Shown here in pieces: positions 52,671-63,714 of a stretch of 64,000 nucleotides of DNA (the stretch's first letter is position 1; every line of letters starts with the position of its first letter). The position numbers and the translations under genes were made by a program. The notes beneath the pieces were generated by a model. That model searched no databases and was not told the DNA's origin. It saw nothing but the letters and a program-made list of their open reading frames with translations. This DNA comes from Thecamonas trahens ATCC 50062. Taxonomy: Eukaryota; Protista; Apusomonadida. The DNA is taken from assembly GCF_000142905.1 (NCBI RefSeq), contig NW_013657668.1:172492-236491 (forward strand). Reading direction: 5' to 3'.

Positions 52671-53894
52671 TCAGCGCCTGCTCCATCTCTCCACAAACTC
52701 AGCCGTCAGCTCGAGGTATCTGTCGCCATAGCCGACGTAGGTGTAGTCGGTCGTCTCGCGTGCGACGGCCGGCTCGATTTGTGTCCCCTCGCCCCACTCA
52801 TTGAACGATGTGATCGAGACATAGTCTGGGCCTGAAGCCAGTGCCGCCTCCCACATGCGTACGTAGTACTTGCCGTTGTCGCGGTCCTTGCGGGTGGCGC
52901 TGTTCCACGGCCGGATCCGGGTGTCGTCGTAGCCCGGGCCAACCGAGAGAGAGACTTTCAGGCCGGCTGCATGGGCCTCGTTGACAAGTTCCGGCCACTC
53001 GGAGACAGACGAACCGTAGCTGAATCCGTCCGAGCCAAAGTAGGTGTACAAGCCGTCAAAGCCGCCCGCAGCAAGTTCAGCCACGCAGCCGCGATCGAGA
53101 CAGAGGCCAAAGGCAAAAACGTCGGCATCGCTCCCCCGCAGCGAGCCACCTTTGCCCAGCACGTCCGCCCACTCAACGGCCGGCGATCGGTACGAGTCGT
53201 ACACGTAGACAACTGGTCGGCCATCGATGCGATAGATGGAGTCGTAATGAAAGTAGTGGGCAGCGAGGTACTCGGCGTCGTCGGCAAACGAGACCGGGCT
53301 CCGCCCTTCGTACGGCTCGGAATGAAAAGCGATCTGGACTGGAACGTGTGAGGTCTCAACAGCGCGGAGCACGTCGTCTACAATGATGTCCGTGTTGATT
53401 CCCTCACCGTCGACGGCCCGCGGATTGGACGCCTGCCCGGTCCATCCGTAGACTAGGACACCGATGCCAGCCTTGCCTGCATCGGAGGTGTGGCCGGTCA
53501 CAACAGCAGCATCGCCCGAGCTGTACAGCCCGCGTGCAGGATAGTACGGCGAGCCGACGTCAGGCGGAGCAAAGCGATGGCCGCACGGATGGTGGTGTCG
53601 TAGCGCCTCGTTCCAGTGGCACAGCACCCGATGATCCCAGTGGTGGAACGCCTGGTCCTCGTCTCCATACCACGTGTAGTAGAAGGCATGGACCGAGGTG
53701 TTGACTCCCGGCCCATCACCATCAGCCATCACTTCTGCCATGGCCACATCGGTCTCACCCTCTGCCCCGAACTCGGTCCCCGTCGCCATCGGCATGCCAT
53801 CTCCAGCCACGGTCACAACCACAACCACCATGACGACCAGCCACACCGCCACCCAAGTCGCCGCAGTGCCGGCTCTCGCCCAGCCCAGTTGCAT
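52671..53894 (-). CDS. GH99 glycoprotein endo-alpha-1,2-mannosidase (MANEA-like)
   Basis: N-terminal TM; HAFYYTWYG, YYPARGLYSS, FDGLYTYF, SVGPGYDDTRIRPWN and catalytic TSFNEWGEGTQIEPA. Confidence 0.95.
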   Translation of the reverse strand: MQLGWARAGTAATWVAVWLVVMVVVVVTVAGDGMPMATGTEFGAEGETDVAMAEVMADGDGPGVNTSVHAFYYTWYGDEDQAFHHWDHRVLCHWNEALRHHHPCGHRFAPPDVGSPYYPARGLYSSGDAAVVTGHTSDAGKAGIGVLVYGWTGQASNPRAVDGEGINTDIIVDDVLRAVETSHVPVQIAFHSEPYEGRSPVSFADDAEYLAAHYFHYDSIYRIDGRPVVYVYDSYRSPAVEWADVLGKGGSLRGSDADVFAFGLCLDRGCVAELAAGGFDGLYTYFGSDGFSYGSSVSEWPELVNEAHAAGLKVSLSVGPGYDDTRIRPWNSATRKDRDNGKYYVRMWEAALASGPDYVSITSFNEWGEGTQIEPAVARETTDYTYVGYGDRYLELTAEFVERWSRR

Positions 53895-53923
53895 TGCAAG
53901 AGTATCAGAGAGCGAGGTGAGTA

Positions 53924-53930
53924 TGTGTGA

Positions 53931-53981
<51 letters not shown>

Positions 53982-54045
53982 GAGTGGTGTGCAGCGTGTG
54001 GTGTGCAGCGTGTGGTGTGCAGCGTGTGGTGTGCAGCGTGTGGTC
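53924..54045. repeat. (TG)n(AG)n microsatellite followed by 14-bp repeat GTGGTGTGCAGCGT x4
   Basis: Directly visible in the GH99/hSac2 divergent intergenic region. Confidence 0.95.
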
Positions 54046-54177
54046 GATGTGGCAGTGCCATCGCGCCGCCCTCACCCCCTTCACCCACCACACCACCACC
54101 CCCTTCCGACACACGAACCACCACACCACACCACACCACACAAACCACACAAACCATCCCACGTACTGCTATTGGGC

Positions 54178-57100
54178 ATGGAGAGCAGCTCACATGCAGA
54201 GTGCTGCTTGCTCCACCGTGGGCTACATGACGAACCACCACCGCCACCCTCGCCCGACGACCTCCTCGCTTCGGCCCGCCTCTGCTCCCTCACCCACTGC
54301 GAGCCGCTGATGTACCCGCCGTCGCTGACAATGGCAGCTCCGTCGCGTGCGCCCGAGCCTGCAGATGGCGCAGTTGCTCCCGCCTGGATTGAGCTCGCCC
54401 TGCCGCCGCCATACTCCCATCTCGCCCTTGTTCGCCTCCGCCATGCTGCGCCTGTCGATCCTGCTCACCTCTTGCTTACTCTCGTTTGCCCGACTGCGCT
54501 CGCCGCCCACGCACCGGTGGACGTCTCCGACCTCGATGACGTCGATGTCGATGTTGGAGGCAATATAGCCGTGTCTGGCGGACGACGCCACAGCCGATGG
54601 CCTGCCGCCCGCGAGCGCCTTGTGGCCCGCCGCAAGACCCTCGCTGCAGAGGCCTCCGCCACCGCCGCCGGCACGCTCGATCTCCAGCTGGCGCTGGCCG
54701 ATGCAGTTGGCGGATGCGAGGGACAGACAGCAGACGGTTCGGTCCGGTTTCGGCTCGTTGAGCACGACGGACAGCAGGTGTGGACCAGTATTGTCCTCTC
54801 GTATCCAGCCGACGCCTTTGTTCCTCCGCCAATGATTGTTCGAGTCAGCTCGAGCGAGAGCTCGGGCCTCGACTGCGAGGCTGTCGACGCATACTCAATT
54901 GAGCAGCTTTCCGAGCCACCGCCACAACTTCTCATCGTCGCCGCCTCGGTCAGCTATCCTGACATGCTGCGGCGGCGGCTGGAAAAGATAGCCCGCCATC
55001 TCGACCCGGCCCGTATCAGCCACTCGCCTCTGCTTTTGCTCGCTCGTGGCCTTGGCACAGTCCTTCGCCGGGCCTCTCGTCCGCGTCGCGCTGCGCTTGG
55101 GTCCCGACTTCGTGCTCTTGCCATCTACAACATCCCATCGTCGGTGGTCGTCAACGCAGGCGGCGTTCGGGTCGTCGTCGAGTCGGCCCGCTCCGGCAAG
55201 CTCACACTCACCGCCTCCAAGGCTCTCCTCCTCGCCTGGCTCCCCCTGGAGGCCCACTACGCAGCGCAGACCATGCTGCCAGACTTTTTGTCTCAGCCGT
55301 CGTCGACCTCCTCTCGCTCCACCCATACACCCACAAGACTGCCGATCGGTGCCTGGACGCGCTCCACCAGCTTGTCGTCGCCTCGGCACGGGTGACCATG
55401 GAGGCATTGCCATCATCATCGGCCCGGCTCCCAGACCTACCGGGCCTCCTCGCCGACGTCCTCGGGCCGTACTCACGGCCGCACGCCGTCGCCGCTGCCA
55501 AGCGGGTAGTTGCCGCCACGCCAGTCCATGACGTACCACTCTTGTTCTTTGTTCGCGAGCTGCTGGGTGTGGCGCGCCTCCGTCGGTTCTATCCGCTTGC
55601 TGATCCGCTGGGTGCGCCGGCTGGCTCGCGGATCACCGGTGATGCGCTTACGCTCGCGCCGCATCTGCGGTATCTAGACGTGGCGATGGGCAATGCTCCA
55701 CTTCCGCGCGAGCGGCTCATCAAGGCTTGGCCCGTCGCCACCATTGACTCGGTCGGCCGCCTCGATGATGTCGTGCTTGTTGTCACTGATCGCGCCATCT
55801 ACTCTGTTGCCGCTGACGGCAGCAGCAGCTCGGGCCCTGCACCATGGCTCACCCGCATTCCATTGGCCTCGCTCGACGGCTGCACCTTTGGTCCGCTCGC
55901 GTTCGAATCGGGCCTTGATCCGCCACTTCCGACGCCGCCGTGGGGCCTGCTCTTGGCGTGCTCGATCGGACCGGCGCTGCTGAGCTCGTTCGACAAAGCC
56001 CATGCGCGGGCCGGCGGCCAGCGAACACCGTCGGGCCAGCACTTTCTTCCTGTCCAGCCGTCGACCATCAACCTGGGTGTGCCTGGCCTCTGGGCTTCAA
56101 ACCTCGAGGTCCTGGCCTCGTTGGTCGACGACCTCGCGCTCAAGCCCGAGGCCGAAACAGCCCATGTCAACGCTGCCGGTCTCCCGCGGCTGACCGCCTA
56201 CCAGCTGATGGTCCAGGTTGTGGCTGCCATCTCGCCGCTCGCGGCTGCACAGCTCGACCCGCTGCGTCCGTGCCCGCCTGGCGGCGGCTATCCGCACGAT
56301 GGTGTTTTTCGGGCTGGGATGCCATTCTCAGCGCCCTTTTCCACCTCGATGTACCCGTCTACATCAATTTGCCCAAGGTCCTCCCGGCAACAACGCTGCT
56401 TCCGTTGCTCCAGCGGACCGTCGCCGCGCTGGAGGGGCTGCCAGGGCTCGACGACTTTGCAAGCGTGCCTCTCCGCCTCTCGCTCTCGGGTGTATTGGAA
56501 GCTTTCATCGATGCGTTTGAGCTGGCCACGGCGTCGCACTTTGGCGGCATGGCGCCGGACCACGACGACGAGGTTGCGTTCGCGCGGTCAATGGTGGCCA
56601 GGTTCTCGCTCCTCTCGACCAAGGCTGATGCTCACCACTTTTCCGGGCCAAGCGTCGCCGTCGAGCGCATCGACCAAGTGGTGACCGTCAGCGAGGCGCT
56701 AGATGCCATCCGAGCCGCCGTCACCGCCCAGCACGTTCTCGACCCCTCGCTCGACTTCCTCCTCCTCACCGCCCAGACGGCGCTGAGCGGTGCAGTTCAT
56801 CTCGCCGAGGCGCCGGTCTCGTTTCCTGCCTTTCCGCCCGTCCCGGTCTTGGAGCTCCTCTACGGCACGCTGCACGCGGTCTACGCCTCGCCCGAGCTTG
56901 ATCTCGAGTACATGCACCGCTACATGCCGAGCTGTGAGCTGGAAAAACAGCAGACGCTCGACTTTGGCCTGCTCATGCACCAGGTTGCACCTGATGCTGA
57001 GGCCACTCACATGTCGGGCATGCGCCTCAACCTCGCCCTCCACCCCGCGCTCTCCGAGCCGCCTGAGGCCACCGCTGCATCGCGCGAGCTCATGCACGAG

Positions 57101-57259
57101 ATCGCGCTTGTCATCACTGCCGCTGCGCAGGACCTCGCAGGGCCTCGCATTCGGGTCCTCCCCCCGCATGCTATTGATGCGCTTCATGTTAACTCCAAGG
57201 TCAAGGCCCGAGTGTACAATGCCAAGCGCCGAGGCGCCAGATCGGTTCCGTCTCAGTAG
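54178..57259 (+). CDS. Hypothetical protein with an hSac2/TPRG1-like PH-fold segment (~1,025 aa)
   Basis: Three ORFs joined by 1-nt breaks at ~55245 and ~56310; AWPVATIDSVG..DVVLVVTDRAIYSV...RIPLASL..CTFG resembles the hSac2 domain. Confidence 0.55.
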
Positions 57260-57368
57260 CGAGGCGGTGGCAGGTTTGGCCGCAACGGTGGTGGCCTCGA
57301 GCTCGAGCTCGCCCCACCTGATATGCCACTGCGACTCGCGCAAAGTCTCAGTCTGAGTCTGTGGGCCA

Positions 57369-58841
57369 TCAATGGTGTCTAGCGCGCTTAGCTCGCTCTT
57401 GCTGGTGGTCATCGTCGCTGCCATAGCTATCGCGGCTCTGGCTGCCGTTGCTCTGGTGGACGCGGCGAGCACGCTTGCTCGATGGTGGCGGCAGCGGCTC
57501 GCTGTTGTCGTTCGGCACGCTGTTGTAAGCAGCTCCGCCTTTGTCGTCCTCGGTCTTGTCATCACTGTCGCTGTCGCTGCTGGCGTTGCTGCTGACGCCG
57601 CGTGGCCGCTTCTGCGACTCGGACCGGGCCTCCATCGCACTGCGGTACTCGATGGCATACAGGACGTACTCGGTGGCGAGGCGAAGGAGAGCCGCGAGTG
57701 CGTTGACGGCATCAGCCTCGCGAGCCGCGTCCGGAAGCAGCGACGCCTCGCGGATGACCGAGTCGGTGAAGAAGACCCATGACGAGACAAAGCGGCGAGA
57801 GGCGTCGGTAAAGTTGACAGGCCCGATAGAGCCGACAAACTCGGCAGTGGTCTCGGCCCAGGCCGCAAGCGGGGCGCGCTGCGCAACGAGGTCGACAGTG
57901 GCGGTGGCAAAAGCCCGGACGGCGGTATCCGGCATGGCAAGGCACCACATGCACATCTGCGAGATCTGTGCCCAGTCGACGGCCGTCAGGAGAGCGTCGA
58001 GCCGGGCCATGAGCGGCTCGTCGGCGATGGTGGTGGCCACGGTAGCAGCCTGGGTGACGAGCGCGATCTGGCGGCGGGCGGCAGCGTCAAAGCCGGCGAC
58101 TGGATCTGACGATGACGAGCCGCTTGCTGGTAGAGTGGCGGCGCGCATGGCGGCGGTGATGGCGTCGACAGCCGGGCCAAGGACGGCCAACGCCGTCGCC
58201 AGCTCCGGGTCGGTCACGTCGGGTATGAGCGCGCTCAGCAGCTTGGCCAGGACCCGCTCCTCTGCGGCCTGCATGGCCTCGGCGACGTCAGCTCCCGGCG
58301 CAAGACTCGCCCACATCTCGTTCCGCCGGCGGAGCTCGGCCTCGATTATAGCGGCAAGACCACCGAGCTGGCCCGAGGTGCGGACGGTCACGATGGCGTC
58401 AACAAGGCTGGCCTCGCCAGCCTCGACATCGGCAGCGGCGGCGACCAGCTCCGGGAACCAGGACGAGCCGCCAGTGTCCACCACCCGATCAGCATGAGCA
58501 GCTGGAGGAGCTGGTGCATGAGATGCGGTCTTGCGGCACATGTCGAGAAGATCATCGGGTGGTGGGAGGTCGGATGCTGCGGGGAAGCCATCGCGCCAGG
58601 CGATGCCTGTGTAGTGATGCTTGGACTTGCCCCGTGCGCCAAGACGGCGAGTACCGACACGAGGAAAGGCAGCTCGAATGACTCTTCCTGCCACCGCCAC
58701 TGGCAAGTCATCGTAGCCATGAGCAGCAGCATAGCTGGCAAAGGCGTCAAAGACGGTAGCCCGCTCTAGAGTGGCGCTCTGGTTCGCGTCGGCAGCCACC
58801 ACAACCAGCCACGCCCGGAACAGGGCAGCAGGGGTGGTCAT
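57369..58841 (-). CDS. RFX: RFX-family winged-helix transcription factor
   Basis: AWL...LERATVF...GRVIRAAFPRVGTRRLGARGKSKHHYTGI is the RFX DNA-binding domain. Downstream W...FVSSWVFF..SVIRE...LLRLATEYVLYAIE resembles the RFX dimerisation domain. Confidence 0.92.
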   Translation of the reverse strand: MTTPAALFRAWLVVVAADANQSATLERATVFDAFASYAAAHGYDDLPVAVAGRVIRAAFPRVGTRRLGARGKSKHHYTGIAWRDGFPAASDLPPPDDLLDMCRKTASHAPAPPAAHADRVVDTGGSSWFPELVAAAADVEAGEASLVDAIVTVRTSGQLGGLAAIIEAELRRRNEMWASLAPGADVAEAMQAAEERVLAKLLSALIPDVTDPELATALAVLGPAVDAITAAMRAATLPASGSSSSDPVAGFDAAARRQIALVTQAATVATTIADEPLMARLDALLTAVDWAQISQMCMWCLAMPDTAVRAFATATVDLVAQRAPLAAWAETTAEFVGSIGPVNFTDASRRFVSSWVFFTDSVIREASLLPDAAREADAVNALAALLRLATEYVLYAIEYRSAMEARSESQKRPRGVSSNASSDSDSDDKTEDDKGGAAYNSVPNDNSEPLPPPSSKRARRVHQSNGSQSRDSYGSDDDHQQERAKRARHH

Positions 58842-59189
58842 GACCAGGAGGTGGACGTTGGCCAAAGTTGCAATGTGAGTGAGTGAGTGTAAGTGGGTGG
58901 CTATGGGTGGCTATGGGTGGGTGGCTGTAGCTGTGTGGTTGTGGTTGTCGAGGTGGTAATCGTCGTAATCGTCGTAATCGTAGTCATGATCGTCGTCATC
59001 GTCGTCGTCGTCGTGTCGGGCCAGTGGTGACAGGCAGCGATGTCGTGTGAGCGAACAGTCACCACAGACAGCCACAGATATCGTCTTCTGCACCCGTCTC
59101 TAACAGTTGACTTTGCCAGCTGACCACAGCAGACGGCTACGCTTCTGGAGCAGCCAAGTAGCTCAAGCTCGGCTCGCTTGTCCAAGGTG

Positions 59190-60146
59190 ATGGCCGACGC
59201 GAGCGAGAAAACGAGGGTGGCGTTGGTGGCTGGGGCGACTCGTGGAGGAGGAAGAGGTATTGCCCTGGCGTTGGGAGAGGCTGGGTGGTGCGTCTACTGC
59301 TCGGGTCGCTCATCGCGAAGCAAGGCGAGCCAAGGAGAGGATGGCGGTGGCAAGAGCGAGACCATCGAGGAGACGGCAGAGATGGTGACGGCTGCGGGAG
59401 GTTGTGGACTGGCTGCGGTGGTCGACCACCAGGATGAGGACGCGGTGGCGGAGCTGGTGGCCAGGATCACCAAGGAGAAGGGCCACCTCGATCTACTGGT
59501 CAACTGCGTTTGGGGCGGCGACAATAAGGCCCAGTGGGGCACAGCCATCGATGCACTGGACGTTGGCAAGGGCCGGGCCATGCTCGACCAAGCCATCGTC
59601 TCGCACATCATCACCACCAAGGCCATGCTTCCTCTCCTCCGGCTCGGCACCGACCCGCTGGTGGTCGAGGTGACGGACGGCGCCGGTGGCTTCTTTCGCG
59701 GGGCTCTTTTCTACGATCTCGTCAAAAATGCAGTCATCCGCCTCGCCTTTGCCACCGCCGAATCGCTGCGTGAGTCGAGCATCTGTGCTGTGGCGGTCAC
59801 GCCTGGATTCCTCCGCTCTGAGGCCGTTCTCAAGCACTTTGGTGTGACGTGCGAGACCTGGCGCGATGCCATTGCCACCGATCCGCACTTTGCCCACTCG
59901 GAGACGCCCATCTTTGTCGGCCGTGGCATCGCCGCCCTCGCCGCCCTCGACGCCGACGCCAAGGCGGCGCGAAACGGGCGAGTCTTTGCCTCGTGGGGCC
60001 TTGCCACCGAGTTTGGCCTTACCGATACCGACGGCTCGGTCCCCAACTGGGGTGCGCATGCCGCAGACTCTGACTTTGGTCGCGATCACGCCGCCTCTCA
60101 CGCCCGCTTCCTCAACGCCTTTCCGCACCAGCCGTCGCCGCCGTAG
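59190..60146 (+). CDS. Short-chain dehydrogenase/reductase (DHRS1-like / bacterial-type)
   Basis: VALVAGATRGGGRGIA, DLLVN, catalytic YDLVK, TPGFLRSE, SETPIFVGR. Confidence 0.93.
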   Translation: MADASEKTRVALVAGATRGGGRGIALALGEAGWCVYCSGRSSRSKASQGEDGGGKSETIEETAEMVTAAGGCGLAAVVDHQDEDAVAELVARITKEKGHLDLLVNCVWGGDNKAQWGTAIDALDVGKGRAMLDQAIVSHIITTKAMLPLLRLGTDPLVVEVTDGAGGFFRGALFYDLVKNAVIRLAFATAESLRESSICAVAVTPGFLRSEAVLKHFGVTCETWRDAIATDPHFAHSETPIFVGRGIAALAALDADAKAARNGRVFASWGLATEFGLTDTDGSVPNWGAHAADSDFGRDHAASHARFLNAFPHQPSPP

Positions 60147-60645
60147 CTGTGCCCCACAAATCCCGCAGGCTGTACTTACCATCGCCACTTGTAGCATCAT
60201 CACTACATACAGGTACCGGTGATCCCAGAGATCCCAGAAAAGGCACCCTGATCCCACTTTCTCTGCAGAACGCCAACAGTCGCAGACCGTCGCCAGCCAA
60301 CGTGTCCCCCCTCTCCTTCCCCAAACGACTCACAGGCTCCACCGTCAGCCACTTGACGCACCCCACCCATCCAACCCACCACCCCACATCGAGACACACG
60401 GCACACGTGTCCCATTTGTACCCCATGGCCGACTCGCCTCCATCCACAGGTACGCCCTTGCTCCACCCCCTCAGCCCCGAGCCCATCCCCTTCGTTGTCA
60501 CCTTGCGACGACACAAAACTTTCAATTCAGTTTGCAACGGACTCTGTCACCGAACACCACCACACACGCACACACACCACCACACACCCTGATATGGAGG
60601 CCACGGATGTAGTCATGCCCACATCGACTGTCACTCACATCGGGA

Positions 60646-62232
60646 ATGGATGATGGTCGGAATTGGGTTCTGGGAATGGATGCTCGGTCGGCTGGTGGCC
60701 GTCGTCTTGCAGAGGATGAGGTCGTGGCACTGCTCAACAAGCTCTGCCAGCGGGCAGGTATGCCGGCTTCGGTGACATCGTCCAATCAGGGCACACCTCT
60801 TCTTTTTGCCACCTTTCTAGAGGCCATGCTGGCAGTTCCTCTGCCTGGCCTGGTGAGGGCGCCGGCGACGATGGCAGACGCCGAGGCCAACGCCAACATC
60901 GTCATCGGCATTCTCCGCAAAGCAGTCGACCTGCCGCTGAACCAGCTGAGCGTGGAAGCGCTTGCACGATGCGAGGTTGGCGCAGTCGGCAAGACGGCAG
61001 ACATTACCGCCTCACTGTGGGACATTCTGGCCGCAGCCGAGTCACTGCAGGAGCAGTCAGCGACGAGCTCGGAGCTTGGCCCGCTGCTCGACAGCGTAGA
61101 GCCGGAGAAGCCGATTGCGCGTGGCGGGCCAATTCACCCGTCGATTCAGGCTGACGTTGCTGCGCACGACGAGCTTGCAATCGCTGCATCACGCGACGCA
61201 ACAGCGGCAGCCATCGACGCCGCCGAGGCTGCGCAGCAGCGAGCGCACACGCTCCGCCAGTTTGAGGCCTTCCTCATCAAGTCGCAGGGCGAGGGCGCAC
61301 TGCGCAAGCTCGAGGCTGCGGCGCTGGACGGCAAGCCGCGCCGGGTGCGGTCGTCCAAACAACGGGTCCGCAAGTCGCCACGCAAGGCAGCGCGCCGGGA
61401 CGAGCTGTCGGGCGCTGGAAAGCTGGCGTCCGCCGTGGGCGCACGCCAGCACGCAGGCCTGGCGGGTGCTGACGCGCTCGCCGACGATGCAGACATGGTC
61501 ATCTCGCCCGAGCTGCTACAGGCGCTCGGCGTGGGCCCGCGGCTCTCCAAGCACTTTATGAAGCAGCAGGTGGCTCAGTGGGAGCGGCTGGCCAAGACCA
61601 ACACGGCGAAGTACAACCGAAACATTGGTCTGGAGGACATGATTGCGCGCCAACAGGCGTACTACAAGCTGCTGGAGAAGGAGGCGCGGGTGGAGAAACA
61701 ACAGCGGGCCAAGCGGCGCACCGCCAAGGCCAAGGCCGCTGTCCGGCGCACGGCCTACGAGCGGCGGCGCAAGCGGGCGGTTCTCCGCAAGCACGCCTCG
61801 GAAGAGATGCGTGCCATCGAGTCGCGCGCGCTTCGCCGACGCGACAACGAAGAGGTCATGTACCGCAAGCTGTTTGACAAGTGCCTTGCGCTACAGCGCA
61901 CCCGGCTTCGCGAAGAGCAGCGCGCCATTCGTGAGGAGCAGCGCGAGGCCGCTGCCATCCTCAACGAGCGCAAGTCGAACCTCGCTCGCTATCACGCCGA
62001 GCAGATGGCCATGGTCAAGGAGCAGGTCAAGATTGAGTCGTACAACCGCCGCGTCGCCGAGCGCGCCCAGGAGGTGGCGCTTGACAAGCTCGAGCACGCC
62101 ATGAAGGACTCACTCGCTGCTCAGCTGGAGCAGCTGAGGGCCCAGATCGACGCCAACGACCGACTGTTTTACGAAGAGTTCCCCGCTGCAACCGAGGAGC
62201 GCCTTGCCCGCATTGCTGCTGTCTCGAGATAA
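60646..62232 (+). CDS. CEP95: Centrosomal protein CEP95-like
   Basis: N-terminal DUF5745-like segment (LFATFLEAML...NANIVIGIL...LNQLS) and C-terminal EEVMYRKLFDKCLALQRTRLRE...YHAEQMAMVKE...AQ, matching the CEP95 C-terminus from memory. Confidence 0.75.
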   Translation: MDDGRNWVLGMDARSAGGRRLAEDEVVALLNKLCQRAGMPASVTSSNQGTPLLFATFLEAMLAVPLPGLVRAPATMADAEANANIVIGILRKAVDLPLNQLSVEALARCEVGAVGKTADITASLWDILAAAESLQEQSATSSELGPLLDSVEPEKPIARGGPIHPSIQADVAAHDELAIAASRDATAAAIDAAEAAQQRAHTLRQFEAFLIKSQGEGALRKLEAAALDGKPRRVRSSKQRVRKSPRKAARRDELSGAGKLASAVGARQHAGLAGADALADDADMVISPELLQALGVGPRLSKHFMKQQVAQWERLAKTNTAKYNRNIGLEDMIARQQAYYKLLEKEARVEKQQRAKRRTAKAKAAVRRTAYERRRKRAVLRKHASEEMRAIESRALRRRDNEEVMYRKLFDKCLALQRTRLREEQRAIREEQREAAAILNERKSNLARYHAEQMAMVKEQVKIESYNRRVAERAQEVALDKLEHAMKDSLAAQLEQLRAQIDANDRLFYEEFPAATEERLARIAAVSR

Positions 62233-62266
62233 AAGGCGTCTGTCGCGTTGGCGCATGTAGGCCTGC

Positions 62267-63376
62267 TCATGCCAGGGAGACAACCATCGAGGCGACGACA
62301 ACAAGCACTGCGACCATGGCCGACGGCACAAGACCAGCAGCGGCCGAGGCCGTTGTCGGCTCGACCGTGTTCGGGACCTCCTCGCCGGCACTCACCAGGC
62401 CGGGCGTGTTCATCGAGACGAGCTTGTAGTAGACCGGGCCAAAGTCGAGGGCCCAGCGGGTGTTGTTCGCGGCGTACTCGGCGACAATGACAGTGGTGTT
62501 GACACCACGGTCGGTGACGGCGACAGGACACGCGTTGGGATCGGCAGCGCACGACGAGACGCCTGCGGTGTTGGGCGCAATCTGGCGGTGGAGGCACATG
62601 TCAGTGTTGAGCATCATAACAGGGCGGCCACCTGCACCGCTGTCCCACTGGTGAACCGGGCTGGCGCCCGGGACCGCGCGGGCGTTCTGGCGCCAGGCCG
62701 AGTTGACCATCTCCTTGTAGAACTCGTTGTCGAGCGTGTTAGGCTGGCGAGTCCAAGGCCCTGTAAAGCCGCCCGAGTCGGCCGCCTCGGCGGCGCCGAG
62801 CGAGTGTGCGCCCATGAGGGCGACGACCTCGCGGTCGGTGAAGCCCATCTCGTTGCGGAAGAGGTTCATGACCGTCGACATGCCGCCCTGGGCGTTGGGG
62901 AACGAGCCGGCTGCTGCCGTCTTGGGCGACGTCGCGCAGTCCTTGCGGCCATAGGTGAGCGGCATGGGCGGGACACAGACGCCAGCCGTGCAAGCCGCCG
63001 AGTTGGCCGCGCCAACCCGGGCGGCCACAATGCCGCCGAGCGCCCAAAAGTCAGCCCGCGACATCTGTCCATACTCGAGCTTGGACTGCCGGTTGACGTA
63101 GAGGTTCTCCATCGCGCCCACAATGTTGATCAGGCCCTTGTTGTCCGCGTTCTCCAGGTTGATACACCCGTCCGAGACATGGTTCGGCGAGACGCCGACC
63201 GAGTCGTGAAAGCCAAGTCGCACCAGCTCGGCTGTCCGCGCAGGCTGCGCGGCAATAAGTGCCTCCACATCGGCGATTGCCAGCGCCTGCTGCGCCACCG
63301 TCACCGTCCCACACTGCGCACACGTAGCCAGGACGAGGACGACAACCACTGAAACAACCAGAGAGTAAACCTTCAT
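62267..63376 (-). CDS. Secreted, probably surface-anchored heme peroxidase (peroxidase-catalase superfamily, APx/CcP hybrid-like)
   Basis: ATG 63376 with signal peptide; distal LVRLGFHDS...DGC; SRADFWAL; proximal VALMGAHSLG; GPWT..LDNEFY; hydrophobic C-terminus. Confidence 0.92.
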   Translation of the reverse strand: MKVYSLVVSVVVVLVLATCAQCGTVTVAQQALAIADVEALIAAQPARTAELVRLGFHDSVGVSPNHVSDGCINLENADNKGLINIVGAMENLYVNRQSKLEYGQMSRADFWALGGIVAARVGAANSAACTAGVCVPPMPLTYGRKDCATSPKTAAAGSFPNAQGGMSTVMNLFRNEMGFTDREVVALMGAHSLGAAEAADSGGFTGPWTRQPNTLDNEFYKEMVNSAWRQNARAVPGASPVHQWDSGAGGRPVMMLNTDMCLHRQIAPNTAGVSSCAADPNACPVAVTDRGVNTTVIVAEYAANNTRWALDFGPVYYKLVSMNTPGLVSAGEEVPNTVEPTTASAAAGLVPSAMVAVLVVVASMVVSLA

Positions 63377-63714
63377 AGCTGCTGCGACAAGTGGTGCGGC
63401 GGCGAGGTGGCGCGGCCGAAGTTGGCAGCTTTCGCAACTATTTACCCATCCGCACCGCATCAACATTGGTGGAGAACAATAGCGCTCAGACAACGCTACC
63501 CATGCTGGCCTCACCCAGGCCAACGCACACGCCAACAGGCCGATGCACACGCCAACAGGCCGTCCTCGTCTGTCCGCGGCCGTAACTGCAGCTCTGTCGC
63601 GCCTAAGGTGCCACAGCTGGCTGCCTGGCAGGTTGCGCCGGGCAAGCTCACGCAACGTTTGCTTGCGGAGAAACATAATCGCCGAGTGCGTGGGGCCCGT
63701 TGGACGGTATGCCC

